From: Alphaproteobacteria bacterium | GTDB lineage: Bacteria; Pseudomonadota; Alphaproteobacteria; GCA-2746255 | NCBI GenBank assembly: GCA_965249135.1 | Contig: OZ252220.1 | Location: 1,984,001 to 2,048,000, forward strand | Reading direction: 5' to 3' | Length of the DNA stretch: 64,000 nucleotides | Part shown: in pieces, positions 1 through 9,425 of the stretch | Layout: the number at the start of each line of letters is the position of its first letter | Position numbering within the stretch: position 1 is the stretch's first letter | Notes under the pieces: generated by a model | What the model was told of the DNA's origin: nothing | The model's database searches: none | Seen by the model: the letters and a program-made list of their open reading frames with translations, nothing else | Made by a program: the position numbers and the translations under genes

Positions 1-1011
1 GCTCGCACCGAGGACATCGAGGATCTGATCGTCGGCTGCGCCTTTCCGGAGGGCGAGCAAGGGCTGAACGCCGCCCGCCTGATCGGATTCATCGCCGAAT
101 TGCCGATCGAAGTGGCAGGCGCCACGGTGAACCGTTTCTGCGGTTCCTCGATGCAGGCCATCCACATGGCGGCGGGCGCCATCCAGATGGATGCCGGCGA
201 GGTTTTCCTTTGTGCCGGCGTCGAATCCATGACCCGCGTACCCCTGCCGGGGTTCAATCCGTTGCTCAATCCCGCCCTCTACGAAGCCTATCCGGAGGCC
301 TACATATCGATGGGCGAGACGGCGGAAAGGGTTGCCACGCTCTATGACGTCTCCCGCGATGATCAGGAAGGCTTCGCCGTGGCAAGCCACCAGAAGGCGG
401 CTGCGGCCCAGGCGAATGGCAAGTTTAATGACGAGATCGTACCGATCACCAGCAAGGATGGAACGATCAAAAAAGACGGCTGTATCCGGCCCGATACGAC
501 GCTCGAAGCGCTATCCGCACTGAAACCGGCCTTCGATCAGGAAGGAACGGTGACCGCCGGGACCTCTTCCCCGTTGACCGACGGTGCCGCCGCGGTCTTG
601 GTATGCACCGAGGACTATGCCGCAAGGACGGGTCTGAAGCCGCTGGCAAGGATTAAAAGCGTTGCCGTGGCGGGGTGTCGGCCGGAGATCATGGGCGTCG
701 GTCCGGTAGGCGCGACCAGGAAGGCCCTGGCGCGTGCAGGGCTTAAGGTTGGCGATCTCGACGTCATTGAATTGAACGAGGCCTTCGCCTCGCAGTCTTT
801 GGCCTCCATTCGTGAACTTGGCCTCGACATGGCAGCGGTCAATCTGGATGGTGGTGCGATTGCCCTTGGGCATCCGCTTGGCGCGACCGGAGCTCGGATC
901 ACCGGCAAGGCCGCGCAGCTCCTGAAACGAGAAGGCGGCAGGTTTGCGCTCGCGACTCAATGTATTGGCGGCGGGCAGGGCATCGCGACCATTCTGGAGG
1001 TCGTTCAATGA
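1..1011 (+). CDS. fadA: Thiolase / acetyl-CoA C-acyltransferase (5' end outside window)
   Basis: Thiolase motifs NRFCGSS, NEAFA, GHPLGATG and CIGGGQG; the frame is open from base 1. Confidence 0.93.
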   Translation, partial: ARTEDIEDLIVGCAFPEGEQGLNAARLIGFIAELPIEVAGATVNRFCGSSMQAIHMAAGAIQMDAGEVFLCAGVESMTRVPLPGFNPLLNPALYEAYPEAYISMGETAERVATLYDVSRDDQEGFAVASHQKAAAAQANGKFNDEIVPITSKDGTIKKDGCIRPDTTLEALSALKPAFDQEGTVTAGTSSPLTDGAAAVLVCTEDYAARTGLKPLARIKSVAVAGCRPEIMGVGPVGATRKALARAGLKVGDLDVIELNEAFASQSLASIRELGLDMAAVNLDGGAIALGHPLGATGARITGKAAQLLKREGGRFALATQCIGGGQGIATILEVVQ

Positions 1012-3335
1012 CCGGCGTTGACAGGATCGCCGTCATCGGCGCCGGAGTCATGGGCGCCGGAATTGCCGCCCAAGTGGCGAATGCCAGAAAGCGCGTGGTG
1101 TTGTTGGATATCGTTCCCGAAGGTGCGGACAACCGGAATGTCATCGCCGAAGGGGCGATCACCAAAATGCTGAAGGCCGATCCCGCGCCCTTCATGCACA
1201 AGCGCAACGCGAAGCTTATTACCGCGGGCAATACCGAAGACCATTTCGACCTGCTGGCCGAATGCGACTGGATCATCGAGGCGGTGATAGAGAAACTGGA
1301 AGTTAAGCAAAGCCTGTACCGGAGGCTTGAGGATGTTCGAAAGCCGGGTTCGGTCGTTTCCTCGAACACATCGACCCTTCCCCTCGCAGTTTTGACGCGA
1401 GGCATGCCGGATAATTTTATCCGGGATTTTCTGATCACTCATTTTTTCAATCCGCCCCGTTACATGCGCCTTCTCGAAATCGTTGCCGGTAAGAGAACGC
1501 GTCCCGAGGCACTCGATACCATTCGCGTGTTCGCGGATATGGTGCTCGGCAAAAGTGTCGTCGGTTGCAAGGATACGCCTGGCTTTATTGCCAACCGCAT
1601 CGGCACCTTCTGGCTGCAATGCAGCGTCATTGAGGCGATGGACGCGGGGCTCACGGTCGAAGAGGCGGATGCCATCGTCGGCCGTCCGATGGGCATTCCC
1701 AAGACCGGCGTATTCGGACTTCTCGACTTGGTTGGGTTGGACCTCATGCCCCATGTCCTCGATGGGCTCGCTGGGGCTCTGGCAAAAGGAGACGCTTTCC
1801 ATGACGTCTACCGAAAGCCCGAGCTGATTGAGCGAATGATTGCCAAGGGCTACACCGGCCGTAAGGGCAAGGGCGGGTTCTACCGCCTCGATACGTCTAC
1901 GGGAAAACGAATCAAGGAAGCGATCGACCTCACAAGCGGTGAATACCGGACGGCCACGAAACCAACCTTCGCGAGCGTCAAGGCGGCGTGGAAAAAAGGG
2001 CTGCGCGCGTTGGTCGAGCACGACGACAAAGGCGGAAAATATGCATGGCGTGTTCTTTCAAAGACACTCGGTTACGCAGCCTCGCTCGTTCCAGAGATCG
2101 CCGACGACATCGTGGCGGTCGATGAAGCCATGCGGCTCGGTTACAACTGGAAGTACGGCCCCTTCGAGATGATCGATAGGCTCGGGCCGGCATGGTTTGC
2201 CGATCGATTGCATACCGCCGGCCTTCCCGTGGCGCCACTGCTTGAGCGGGCTGCCGACCGTCCGTTCTACCGGGTAGAAGAGGGGCGGCAGCAATACCTG
2301 ACCGTCGAGGGTGCCTACAAAGATTTGGTTCGTCCCGCTGGTGTCGAGATGCTGTCCGACATCAAGCACCGTTCGCAACCGCTTATCGCCAACCGGTCGG
2401 CCAGTCTGTGGGACGTCGGAGACGGGGTGGCCTGTCTCGAGTTCCATTCCAAGATGAACTCGCTCAACCTTGGCATTCTGTCCATGATCCGCAAGTCCAT
2501 CGACACGGTATCCGAACAGCACAAGGCCCTGGTGATCTACAACGAAGGTACCAATTTCTCGGTCGGTGCAAATTTGGTGCTGTTGCTGTTTCCGGCGCTG
2601 CTTCGTGCCAGGTTCTTGATCGGTTGGGTGATCGGTAAGGGCCAGGAGACGTTCAAGGGCCTCAAATACGCGCCGTTTCCTGTAATCGGGGCGCCATCGG
2701 GCATGGCACTGGGCGGCGGCTGTGAGGTTCTTCTTCATTGCGATGCGGTGCAGGCCCACGCCGAAACCTACACAGGCTTAGTGGAAACCGCCGTCGGGAT
2801 CATCCCCGGATGGGGCGGTTGCAAGGAGATGCTGACACGGTGGTGGGTCAATCCCCGCCGTCCCGGTGGTCCCATGCCGCCGATCCGCAAAGTTTTCGAG
2901 ACGATCAGCACGGCGACCGTCGCCAAGTCGGCGGATGAGGCGAAAGACTACCTTTTCCTGCGCCCCGAAGACGGGATCACCATGAACCGCTATCGGCTGC
3001 TCGCCGACGCCAAGGCCAAGGCGCTCACCCTGGTGGCCGATTACGTGCCGCCGGAGCCGGTCGAGGTTTCCCTGCCGGGGGCCAGCGCATTGGCCGCGAT
3101 GAAAATGGCCGTCGAGGACTTCCGAAGACTCGGTCTGGCGACCGCATACGATACGGTCGTGGCCGGCGTGTTGGCGACGGTTCTCAGCGGCGGCGATAGC
3201 GATGTCACGGAGACGTTGAACGAAGACGACTTATTAGTACTCGAGCGCCGGGCCTTCACCAGACTGGCGTGCCGGTCGGGCACCATTGCCCGTGTCAAAC
3301 ACATGTTGATGACTGGTAAGCCGTTGCGAAACTAG
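1008..3335 (+). CDS. 3-hydroxyacyl-CoA dehydrogenase/enoyl-CoA hydratase (FadN-type)
   Basis: GAGVMG Rossmann motif, SSNTSTLP, HFFNPPRY, C-terminal crotonase domain (GGGCE); ATGA overlap with the thiolase stop. Confidence 0.93.
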   Translation: MTGVDRIAVIGAGVMGAGIAAQVANARKRVVLLDIVPEGADNRNVIAEGAITKMLKADPAPFMHKRNAKLITAGNTEDHFDLLAECDWIIEAVIEKLEVKQSLYRRLEDVRKPGSVVSSNTSTLPLAVLTRGMPDNFIRDFLITHFFNPPRYMRLLEIVAGKRTRPEALDTIRVFADMVLGKSVVGCKDTPGFIANRIGTFWLQCSVIEAMDAGLTVEEADAIVGRPMGIPKTGVFGLLDLVGLDLMPHVLDGLAGALAKGDAFHDVYRKPELIERMIAKGYTGRKGKGGFYRLDTSTGKRIKEAIDLTSGEYRTATKPTFASVKAAWKKGLRALVEHDDKGGKYAWRVLSKTLGYAASLVPEIADDIVAVDEAMRLGYNWKYGPFEMIDRLGPAWFADRLHTAGLPVAPLLERAADRPFYRVEEGRQQYLTVEGAYKDLVRPAGVEMLSDIKHRSQPLIANRSASLWDVGDGVACLEFHSKMNSLNLGILSMIRKSIDTVSEQHKALVIYNEGTNFSVGANLVLLLFPALLRARFLIGWVIGKGQETFKGLKYAPFPVIGAPSGMALGGGCEVLLHCDAVQAHAETYTGLVETAVGIIPGWGGCKEMLTRWWVNPRRPGGPMPPIRKVFETISTATVAKSADEAKDYLFLRPEDGITMNRYRLLADAKAKALTLVADYVPPEPVEVSLPGASALAAMKMAVEDFRRLGLATAYDTVVAGVLATVLSGGDSDVTETLNEDDLLVLERRAFTRLACRSGTIARVKHMLMTGKPLRN

Positions 3336-3383
3336 TCGAGGCGTCAAGGAGCTCGCGTCGAAAGAAAAGAAAAGGATGCCGTC

Positions 3384-5801
3384 ATGGAAACGTTGCTAAT
3401 TGCGATCGGTGTGATCCTTCTTCTCGGCCTTCTCTATGCCGGAAGAGGTTATTGGGCGTGGATTGCCCTGACGGCCGCAGTTCTCCTCGCTTGGGTTATT
3501 GGCGGGATCGAATCGCTTGAAGCCTTCGCCGTCGTGGCCGTTGCTGCCTTTACCATTGCGCTCCTTTTCGGCATTTTCGCGATCCGCCGGACGCTTGTTT
3601 CGTCCCCCCTGATGCGACTCGTCGGTAAGGCGCTCCCGATCATGGGAGACACCGAACGGATCGCCCTTGAAGCGGGAACCGTCTGGTGGGATGGCGAGCT
3701 TTTCTCCGGCAATCCCGACTGGCAGAAATTGATCGACTTCGAATCACAGCCCTTAACAGGGCAAGAACGGGCTTTCCTTGATGGTCCCGTCGAGGAACTA
3801 TGCGCCAAGCTCGACGATTGGCAAATCGCCCAGGCCAGGGACATCCCCCAGGAGGCTTGGGATTTTCTGAAGCAGCATCGTTTCCTGGGCATGATCATTC
3901 CCGAGAAATACGGTGGGCTTGGATTCTCGGCGATCGCGCATTCCGCCGTCATCGCCAAGATCTCCAGCCGAAGTGCCGCCGCCGGTGTGACCGTGATGGT
4001 TCCCAATTCCCTCGGCCCCGGCGAACTCTTGCTCCATTACGGAACCGACGCACAGAAGGATTACTATCTGCCGCGCCTCGCGCGCGGTGAGGAAATCCCG
4101 TGCTTTGCCCTGACTGAGCCGACGGCCGGTAGCGATGCGGCCTCCACGACCAGCACCGGCATCGTTTGCCACGGCACCTACGAGGGGAAAGAAGTGTTGG
4201 GCATGCGGCTCAACTGGGAGAAGCGCTACATCACGCTGGCACCCATTGCCACGGTGATCGGCCTTGCCTTCCGGCTTTACGACCCGGACGGTCTCATAGG
4301 CGATGAGGAAGATCTGGGGATCACCTGCGCCCTGCTGCCAAGGGACCTGCCGGGAATCGAAATCGGCAACCGTCACGATCCCATGGGCGTTCCATTCCCC
4401 AACGGCCCGATTTTCGGAAGGGGCGTCTTTGTCCCCTTGAGCTTCATCATCGGCGGCCCAGATGGGACCGGCCAAGGTTGGCGGATGTTGATGGAATCCC
4501 TGGCGGCGGGCCGCTCGATCTCACTGCCGTCGCTTTCGATTGCCGCCGCCCAGACGGCGACCCGCGTCGTCGGCGCCTATGGCACAATCCGCGAACAATT
4601 CGGCCTGCCGATCGGTCGTTTCGAGGGCGTGGAGGAAGCCATCGCCCGGATCGGCGGCTACACCTACCTTATGGATGCGGCTCGCAGGCTGACCTGCGGT
4701 GCCGTGGATGCCGGCGAAAAACCGGCCGTGCTTAGCGGGATCGTCAAGGCCTACCTTACCGAAATCATGCGGAGCGTTCTCAACGACACCATGGACATTC
4801 GTGCCGGCGCCGAAATCTGCCGCGGGCCGAAGAACACCATCGGTCGCACCTACACGGCCGTTCCGATTGCGATCACGGTGGAGGGAGCAAATATCTTGAC
4901 CCGATCCCTGATCATCTATGGGCAGGGTGCGGTTCGTGCACACCCCTTCGTCCGCGAAGAGATGGAGGCCATAGGGCGGAAAGATCTGGCCCGGTTTGAT
5001 CGCGCCTTCTTTGGTCACGTCAATTTCTTTTTCCGCAACTTCGTCCGAGCCTTCCTCCTCGGGCTCACCGGCGGCCGTTTCGTAAGCGCGCCCATCGGCG
5101 GTCCTTCGGCCCGGTACTACCGGGCGTTGTCGCGATGGAGTGCAGCCTTCGCCCTGGTTTCCGATTCGGCGTTGGCAATCTTCGGGGGCGAACTGAAGCG
5201 GCGCGAGAAAATTGGCGGACGTCTTGCCGATGCCTTGGCTTGGCAATATCTCGCTTCGGCGACTCTCAAGCGTTTCTACGACGAAGGCCAGACGCCGCGG
5301 GACGAAGCGGTGATGCGCTGGGCGGCAACCCAAGCCTTGGCGAAGATCGAGGAAGCGCTCGGCGGCGTCCTCGACAACCTTCCCAACCGACCGGTAGCGT
5401 GGTTGCTCAGGCTCATCGTATTGCCTTGGGGCTTTTCCATGCGGCCACCGTCCGACGCACTCGGCACCAAGGTGGCAGCGGCAATTTTGAATGATGGCGA
5501 GTTACGCCGTCACCTGACTCCCGACGTCTACGTGCCATCAGCTCAGGAGGACGGGCTGGGCGTCCTCGAATTCGCACTTATCAAGGTCGTCGAGGCGCAA
5601 CCGGCCAAGGTCAAGCTCCGCAATGCCATGCGCGATGGCCGGCTCAAAGGCGTCACCGCCGATGATCTTGCCGCCGCGGTTTCGGCGGGGATCGTCACCG
5701 ACACCGAACGTCGCAGTCTCGAAGAAGCGGACGCGGCACGCAACGCGGCAATCCAGGTCGACGTCTTCGAACCGGATGTCTACTACTCCCTCAAGGGCTA
5801 G
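3384..5801 (+). CDS. fadE: Membrane-anchored long-chain acyl-CoA dehydrogenase
   Basis: 805 aa, N-terminal TM helices, CFALTEPTAGSDA, ITVEGANILTR. Confidence 0.93.
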   Translation: METLLIAIGVILLLGLLYAGRGYWAWIALTAAVLLAWVIGGIESLEAFAVVAVAAFTIALLFGIFAIRRTLVSSPLMRLVGKALPIMGDTERIALEAGTVWWDGELFSGNPDWQKLIDFESQPLTGQERAFLDGPVEELCAKLDDWQIAQARDIPQEAWDFLKQHRFLGMIIPEKYGGLGFSAIAHSAVIAKISSRSAAAGVTVMVPNSLGPGELLLHYGTDAQKDYYLPRLARGEEIPCFALTEPTAGSDAASTTSTGIVCHGTYEGKEVLGMRLNWEKRYITLAPIATVIGLAFRLYDPDGLIGDEEDLGITCALLPRDLPGIEIGNRHDPMGVPFPNGPIFGRGVFVPLSFIIGGPDGTGQGWRMLMESLAAGRSISLPSLSIAAAQTATRVVGAYGTIREQFGLPIGRFEGVEEAIARIGGYTYLMDAARRLTCGAVDAGEKPAVLSGIVKAYLTEIMRSVLNDTMDIRAGAEICRGPKNTIGRTYTAVPIAITVEGANILTRSLIIYGQGAVRAHPFVREEMEAIGRKDLARFDRAFFGHVNFFFRNFVRAFLLGLTGGRFVSAPIGGPSARYYRALSRWSAAFALVSDSALAIFGGELKRREKIGGRLADALAWQYLASATLKRFYDEGQTPRDEAVMRWAATQALAKIEEALGGVLDNLPNRPVAWLLRLIVLPWGFSMRPPSDALGTKVAAAILNDGELRRHLTPDVYVPSAQEDGLGVLEFALIKVVEAQPAKVKLRNAMRDGRLKGVTADDLAAAVSAGIVTDTERRSLEEADAARNAAIQVDVFEPDVYYSLKG

Positions 5802-5843
5802 GGGCCTAGGCTCGAGTCCTGGTACGACTACGTTTTTTTTCAA

Positions 5844-6288
5844 TCAGTTCGATTGTTGTTCAGGATGAGTCGACCCACCTAGGGTCAACCATTTGTCGTC
5901 CTTGCGTAGGATGAAGAGGGCGACAAGTGCACCAAGTACAGGTACGGCAGCCCAGAACAGGTGATTGATATCGCTGTAAGGATTGGCGAGTTGTCCAATG
6001 GTGGATAGCGTCGAGGCCGTATGCATGAGGAGGACAGCGCCGTAAGTCCAAATCTTCCAAAGTCCGCAGGCGAAGGCGAGGATGATAGCGGTCTGAACGG
6101 CGCCGACGAAGATGGAGCCCATGGCGGGAAGCGATTCGATGAAATAAAAGGCTTGAAACACACTGGCCGCTCTCTCAGGCGCGGCAATCTTCTCGATGGA
6201 CCAGACAAAGAAAGAAGGCCGCGGCCGTTAAACGAATAACGGCAAGGCCAAACTCGAGACGGCGTGTGCTTAGGATTTCATTTAACAT
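5844..6288 (-). pseudogene. DoxX-family membrane protein, frameshifted near 6208
   Basis: ATG at 6288 gives MLNEILSTRRLEFGLAVIRLTAAAFFL; removing one base in a T run continues VWSIEKIAAPERAASVFQAFY...HLFWAAVPVLGAL; four hydrophobic segments. Confidence 0.7.
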
Positions 6289-6318
6289 ATCTATCGAAAA
6301 TCGTAGGCTTTTTTTAGC

Positions 6319-6531
6319 CTAAAGGGCCATAGATTCCCCTTCCAAGGCTTCTTCCTGTGCTTGTTCCTCGATTTTCCAGCAAGCGTCACAAAGATCAACA
6401 AGCCTGCCACCACACGGGCAATCTTCGATTTCAGGGTCCGGATGGTGTGCCAGAATGCGCGACGTCGTCGCCACCGTTTCGATACCCTTTCGGATGCAGA
6501 TTTCGCAGAGGTCCTTCGGTTCGGATGACAT
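6319..6531 (-). CDS. Small Cys-rich protein (CEIC...CPC...CDAC), probable metal/Zn binder
   Basis: GGAGG RBS upstream of ATG at 6531; 70 aa with two CxxC motifs and one CxC. Confidence 0.6.
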   Translation of the reverse strand: MSSEPKDLCEICIRKGIETVATTSRILAHHPDPEIEDCPCGGRLVDLCDACWKIEEQAQEEALEGESMAL

Positions 6532-6762
6532 TCGATCCTCCGGCAAGTCCGATTGTTGTAGATACAAGCAACCTCATCATAGCGTAATTTTAAGGGGCTG
6601 GAAAAGGGCTCTTCGGCAACGGTCAGGGCGGCGGGCGAATCCAACTGCCTTCCCATGGACTTATCCAACAAGCCAACCCGTCGCGCTCGGTTTCTGGTAA
6701 AATCTGGGCAAACAACAGATTGCCCTTGTCCATGGGCGCGTACGGAAACATGAGAGGGCTCG

Positions 6763-6840
6763 ATGGCTTCCCGATTCAAGTTCACCATTGCCGCAGCAAT
6801 TTTTGCCATTCTGTGGTGGTTGATTGCGAATTTCCTATAA
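6763..6840 (+). CDS. Putative 25-aa single-pass membrane peptide MASRFKFTIAAAIFAILWWLIANFL
   Basis: GAGAGG upstream of ATG, basic N-terminus followed by a hydrophobic helix; below the ORF-track cutoff. Confidence 0.4.
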   Translation: MASRFKFTIAAAIFAILWWLIANFL

Positions 6841-6873
6841 TAACCGCTTCGAATGACGACTAGACTTTCACCA

Positions 6874-7470
6874 ATGCAGGCAAGGGGATTTCGAAAAAAG
6901 GTAATTCTTTTTGCCATTCTCATTTTTGCACTCGCAGGCATTGGCGGCTTTTTCGCCTTCAAAAATGAGGTCGGGCGGATCGCCAGCATCCCCAATCTCT
7001 CCCCGGAGGAACTCTCCCAGGGCCTTTCCACGCGTAAGGAAGATTTCGTTCCCTTTGACGTGCGAACGCCGGCAGAGTTTAGAGAAAGCCACCTTGCGGG
7101 AGCGATCCGGATCGAGCCCGGGATGAAGGCGCAAGGCTTTGCTCGGGAGCATGGGGATCGGCTGGAGGGGAAGACCGTGGTTTTCTATTGTACGCTTGGT
7201 GTGCGCAGCACGCGGCTTGTCCATCGAATCCGGGATCGCCTGGAAGGCCTAGGCATTACCGCCTTCTATAACCTGAGCGGCGGCATCTTCCGATGGTCGA
7301 GGGAAGGCTATCCCGTCGTGAGGACAGAAACACCGGTGGACAGCCCCTTTACCCGCCGATCACCGATCGTTGATGAAGTTGCTGCACAACAGCGCTTTGC
7401 TCACGTTTCTCCTCGGGATAAAACAGGGTTTTCCATTACCGCTCCGATGGGTGAGGGGGACGCGCCATGA
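6874..7470 (+). CDS. Membrane-anchored/exported rhodanese-like domain protein
   Basis: DVRTPAEFRESHLAGA, VFYCTLGVRS active-site loop, NLSGGIFRW; N-terminal TM/signal. Confidence 0.85.
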   Translation: MQARGFRKKVILFAILIFALAGIGGFFAFKNEVGRIASIPNLSPEELSQGLSTRKEDFVPFDVRTPAEFRESHLAGAIRIEPGMKAQGFAREHGDRLEGKTVVFYCTLGVRSTRLVHRIRDRLEGLGITAFYNLSGGIFRWSREGYPVVRTETPVDSPFTRRSPIVDEVAAQQRFAHVSPRDKTGFSITAPMGEGDAP

Positions 7471-8635
7471 GCACGACGACACTCGATAAGGACGCCGCCG
7501 TTTTACGCCGTTATGCGGCAGCGTCGCAGGTTCGCGAAGAGGCCTTATGCTGCGCCCCGCAATACGACCCCGCCTATCTCAAAATTCTGCCCAAGGAAAT
7601 TATCGAACGCGACTATGGCTGCGGAGATCCGACCTCTTACGTTCGTGAAGGCGAGACGGTGTTGGATTTGGGAAGCGGCAGCGGTAAAACCTGCTATGTG
7701 CTTTCGCAGGTCGTAGGGTCGTCCGGCCGTGTGATCGGCATCGATTTTAATCCCGACATGCTTGCCTTGGCGGAAAAGCACCGCCTCACAATCGCCAAGC
7801 GGATCGGCTGGGACAACGTCACCTTTTGTCGGGCTCGGATTCAAGACCTTCGGACGGATATCGGGGTCCTCGAGAAGCAAATTGCCGAGAAACCGATCGC
7901 CAGTTACGAGGATTACAGCGCTTTCGAATCTCATCACCGCGAGATGGTGACGCCACTCATTGCCGACAATAGCATCGACGTCATCGTCTCGAGCTGTGTG
8001 CTGAATCTTATCCATCCGGATGAAAAACAACTGCTATTCCAGGAGATGTATCGCGTGCTGAAAGTAGGCGGGCGCGTGGCGATCTCGGATATTGTGTCGG
8101 ATGAAGAGGTCCCGGCACGCCTACGCGAAGATGCGGAGCTCTGGTCCGGTTGTGTTTCTGGTGCCTTTCAGGAGACGGCCTTCCTGCGTGCGTTCGAAGA
8201 AGTGGGTTTCTACGGGATTTCGATCGAAAAGCGCGACTCGACTCCATGGTGCACCGTCGAGGGTGCACCGTCGAGGGAATCGAATTTCGGTCCGTAACGG
8301 TAACCGCTCACAAGGGCAAGGAGGGCCCTTGCTGGGAGCGCAATCAGGCAGTGATCTATAAGGGCCCTTGGCGGGAGGTACAGGACGATGACGGTCACGT
8401 TCTGCAACGCGGCGTACCGACGGCCGTATGTGACAAAACCTATCGGATTTTCACCCCCCCGTATAAGGGCGAGATCGATCCAGTGTCTCCTCGGGTCGAT
8501 ATTCCTTTGGAACAAGCCCATCCCTTCGACTGTTTACGCACCGTCGCACGTCATCCCAGAGAGACGAAGGGGATGGACTACGACGTCACCACGGAAGCGG
8601 CCGACGTTTGCGGATCGGAGAAGGATTGTTGTTGA
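7467..8635 (+). pseudogene. ArsM-like SAM-dependent methyltransferase broken by a 14-bp tandem duplication at 8250-8277
   Basis: ALCC, DYGCGDP, LDLGSGSG, SSCVLNL, WSGCVSGA, C-terminal CC; ORFs 7467-8297 and 8150-8635 join when one TGCACCGTCGAGGG copy is removed. Confidence 0.8.
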
Positions 8636-8653
8636 GAGTGAGGCCGTGGCCGC

Positions 8654-9136
8654 TTAGAGCCGTTCCGCGATAGCGTCTGCGTCGGGAGCCAGGTTTGCCA
8701 GAGTGGCGACCACTTCTTCCCACTGACCGGGCTTCATTTGTTGGACAAGCTGGGTTTGTACTTTCGTCCAAAGCGGCAGGGCTTCCTTCAGTCGCTTAAC
8801 CCCTTTCGCGGTTAGGGCAAGCTCCTTATGGCGCTGCTTGGGACGGGCCTTCACCTTGATCAGACCATCCCGTTTAAGCGGCCTTAGATTGCGGGAAAGG
8901 GTTGAGGGATCCATCGCCATCTCCTGGGCAAGGCCCGAGATTGTTGGCCGATCCGCAAGCGCCGTACTGACCAGGATGGCCATTTGGTTTGCATGAAGCC
9001 CTGTGGGAGCCAGTGCTTCGTCGTAGAGCCGCGTCACCGCTCGGGAGGATCGCCGCAAGTTGTGGCAAACACAGACCTTTCTAGTCCGAGCAAATTTCTT
9101 AAGTTCTTCGCGATTCCATGCATCCGGCATGTGCAT
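8654..9136 (-). CDS. MarR-family transcriptional regulator with an N-terminal CxC motif
   Basis: CVCHNLRRSSRAVTRLYDEAL, MDPSTLSRNLRPLKRDGLI winged HTH, LTAKG. Confidence 0.92.
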   Translation of the reverse strand: MHMPDAWNREELKKFARTRKVCVCHNLRRSSRAVTRLYDEALAPTGLHANQMAILVSTALADRPTISGLAQEMAMDPSTLSRNLRPLKRDGLIKVKARPKQRHKELALTAKGVKRLKEALPLWTKVQTQLVQQMKPGQWEEVVATLANLAPDADAIAERL

Positions 9137-9271
9137 ATCCCTTGATACTATCTCGGCAAGATAAGGAAAGCCGAACAATCCCACAACTTCCCAGCTTTTG
9201 GCGGCCTCTCGTCTGCTGACAAAAAACTCTCACAAATTTGTGATCGTCCAGAATTTGAACAGGCAAGTCCG

Positions 9272-9281
9272 TGTATATACA
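9272..9281. promoter_or_regulatory. Palindrome TGTATATACA, candidate MarR operator
   Basis: Perfect 10-bp palindrome in the divergent marR/P460 intergenic region. Confidence 0.45.
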
Positions 9282-9425
9282 ATCAAATATATATGGAACG
9301 ATTCTAAAAATCAAAAACAAATCTCACTTACGGATTAAGAGGATCTCCTGAGGTTGGAACGTACCGAAGGAGGAAATGCAGAAGAAAAAAGTTGGTGTAA
9401 TGCGACTTGGAATCAGGAGACTCCG

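Noticed and set aside
8633-8635. TGA after terminal CC as a selenocysteine codon
   Set aside because: Terminal CC is a normal ending for this type of methyltransferase, no convincing SECIS hairpin follows, and the convergent marR gene ends 18 nt later.
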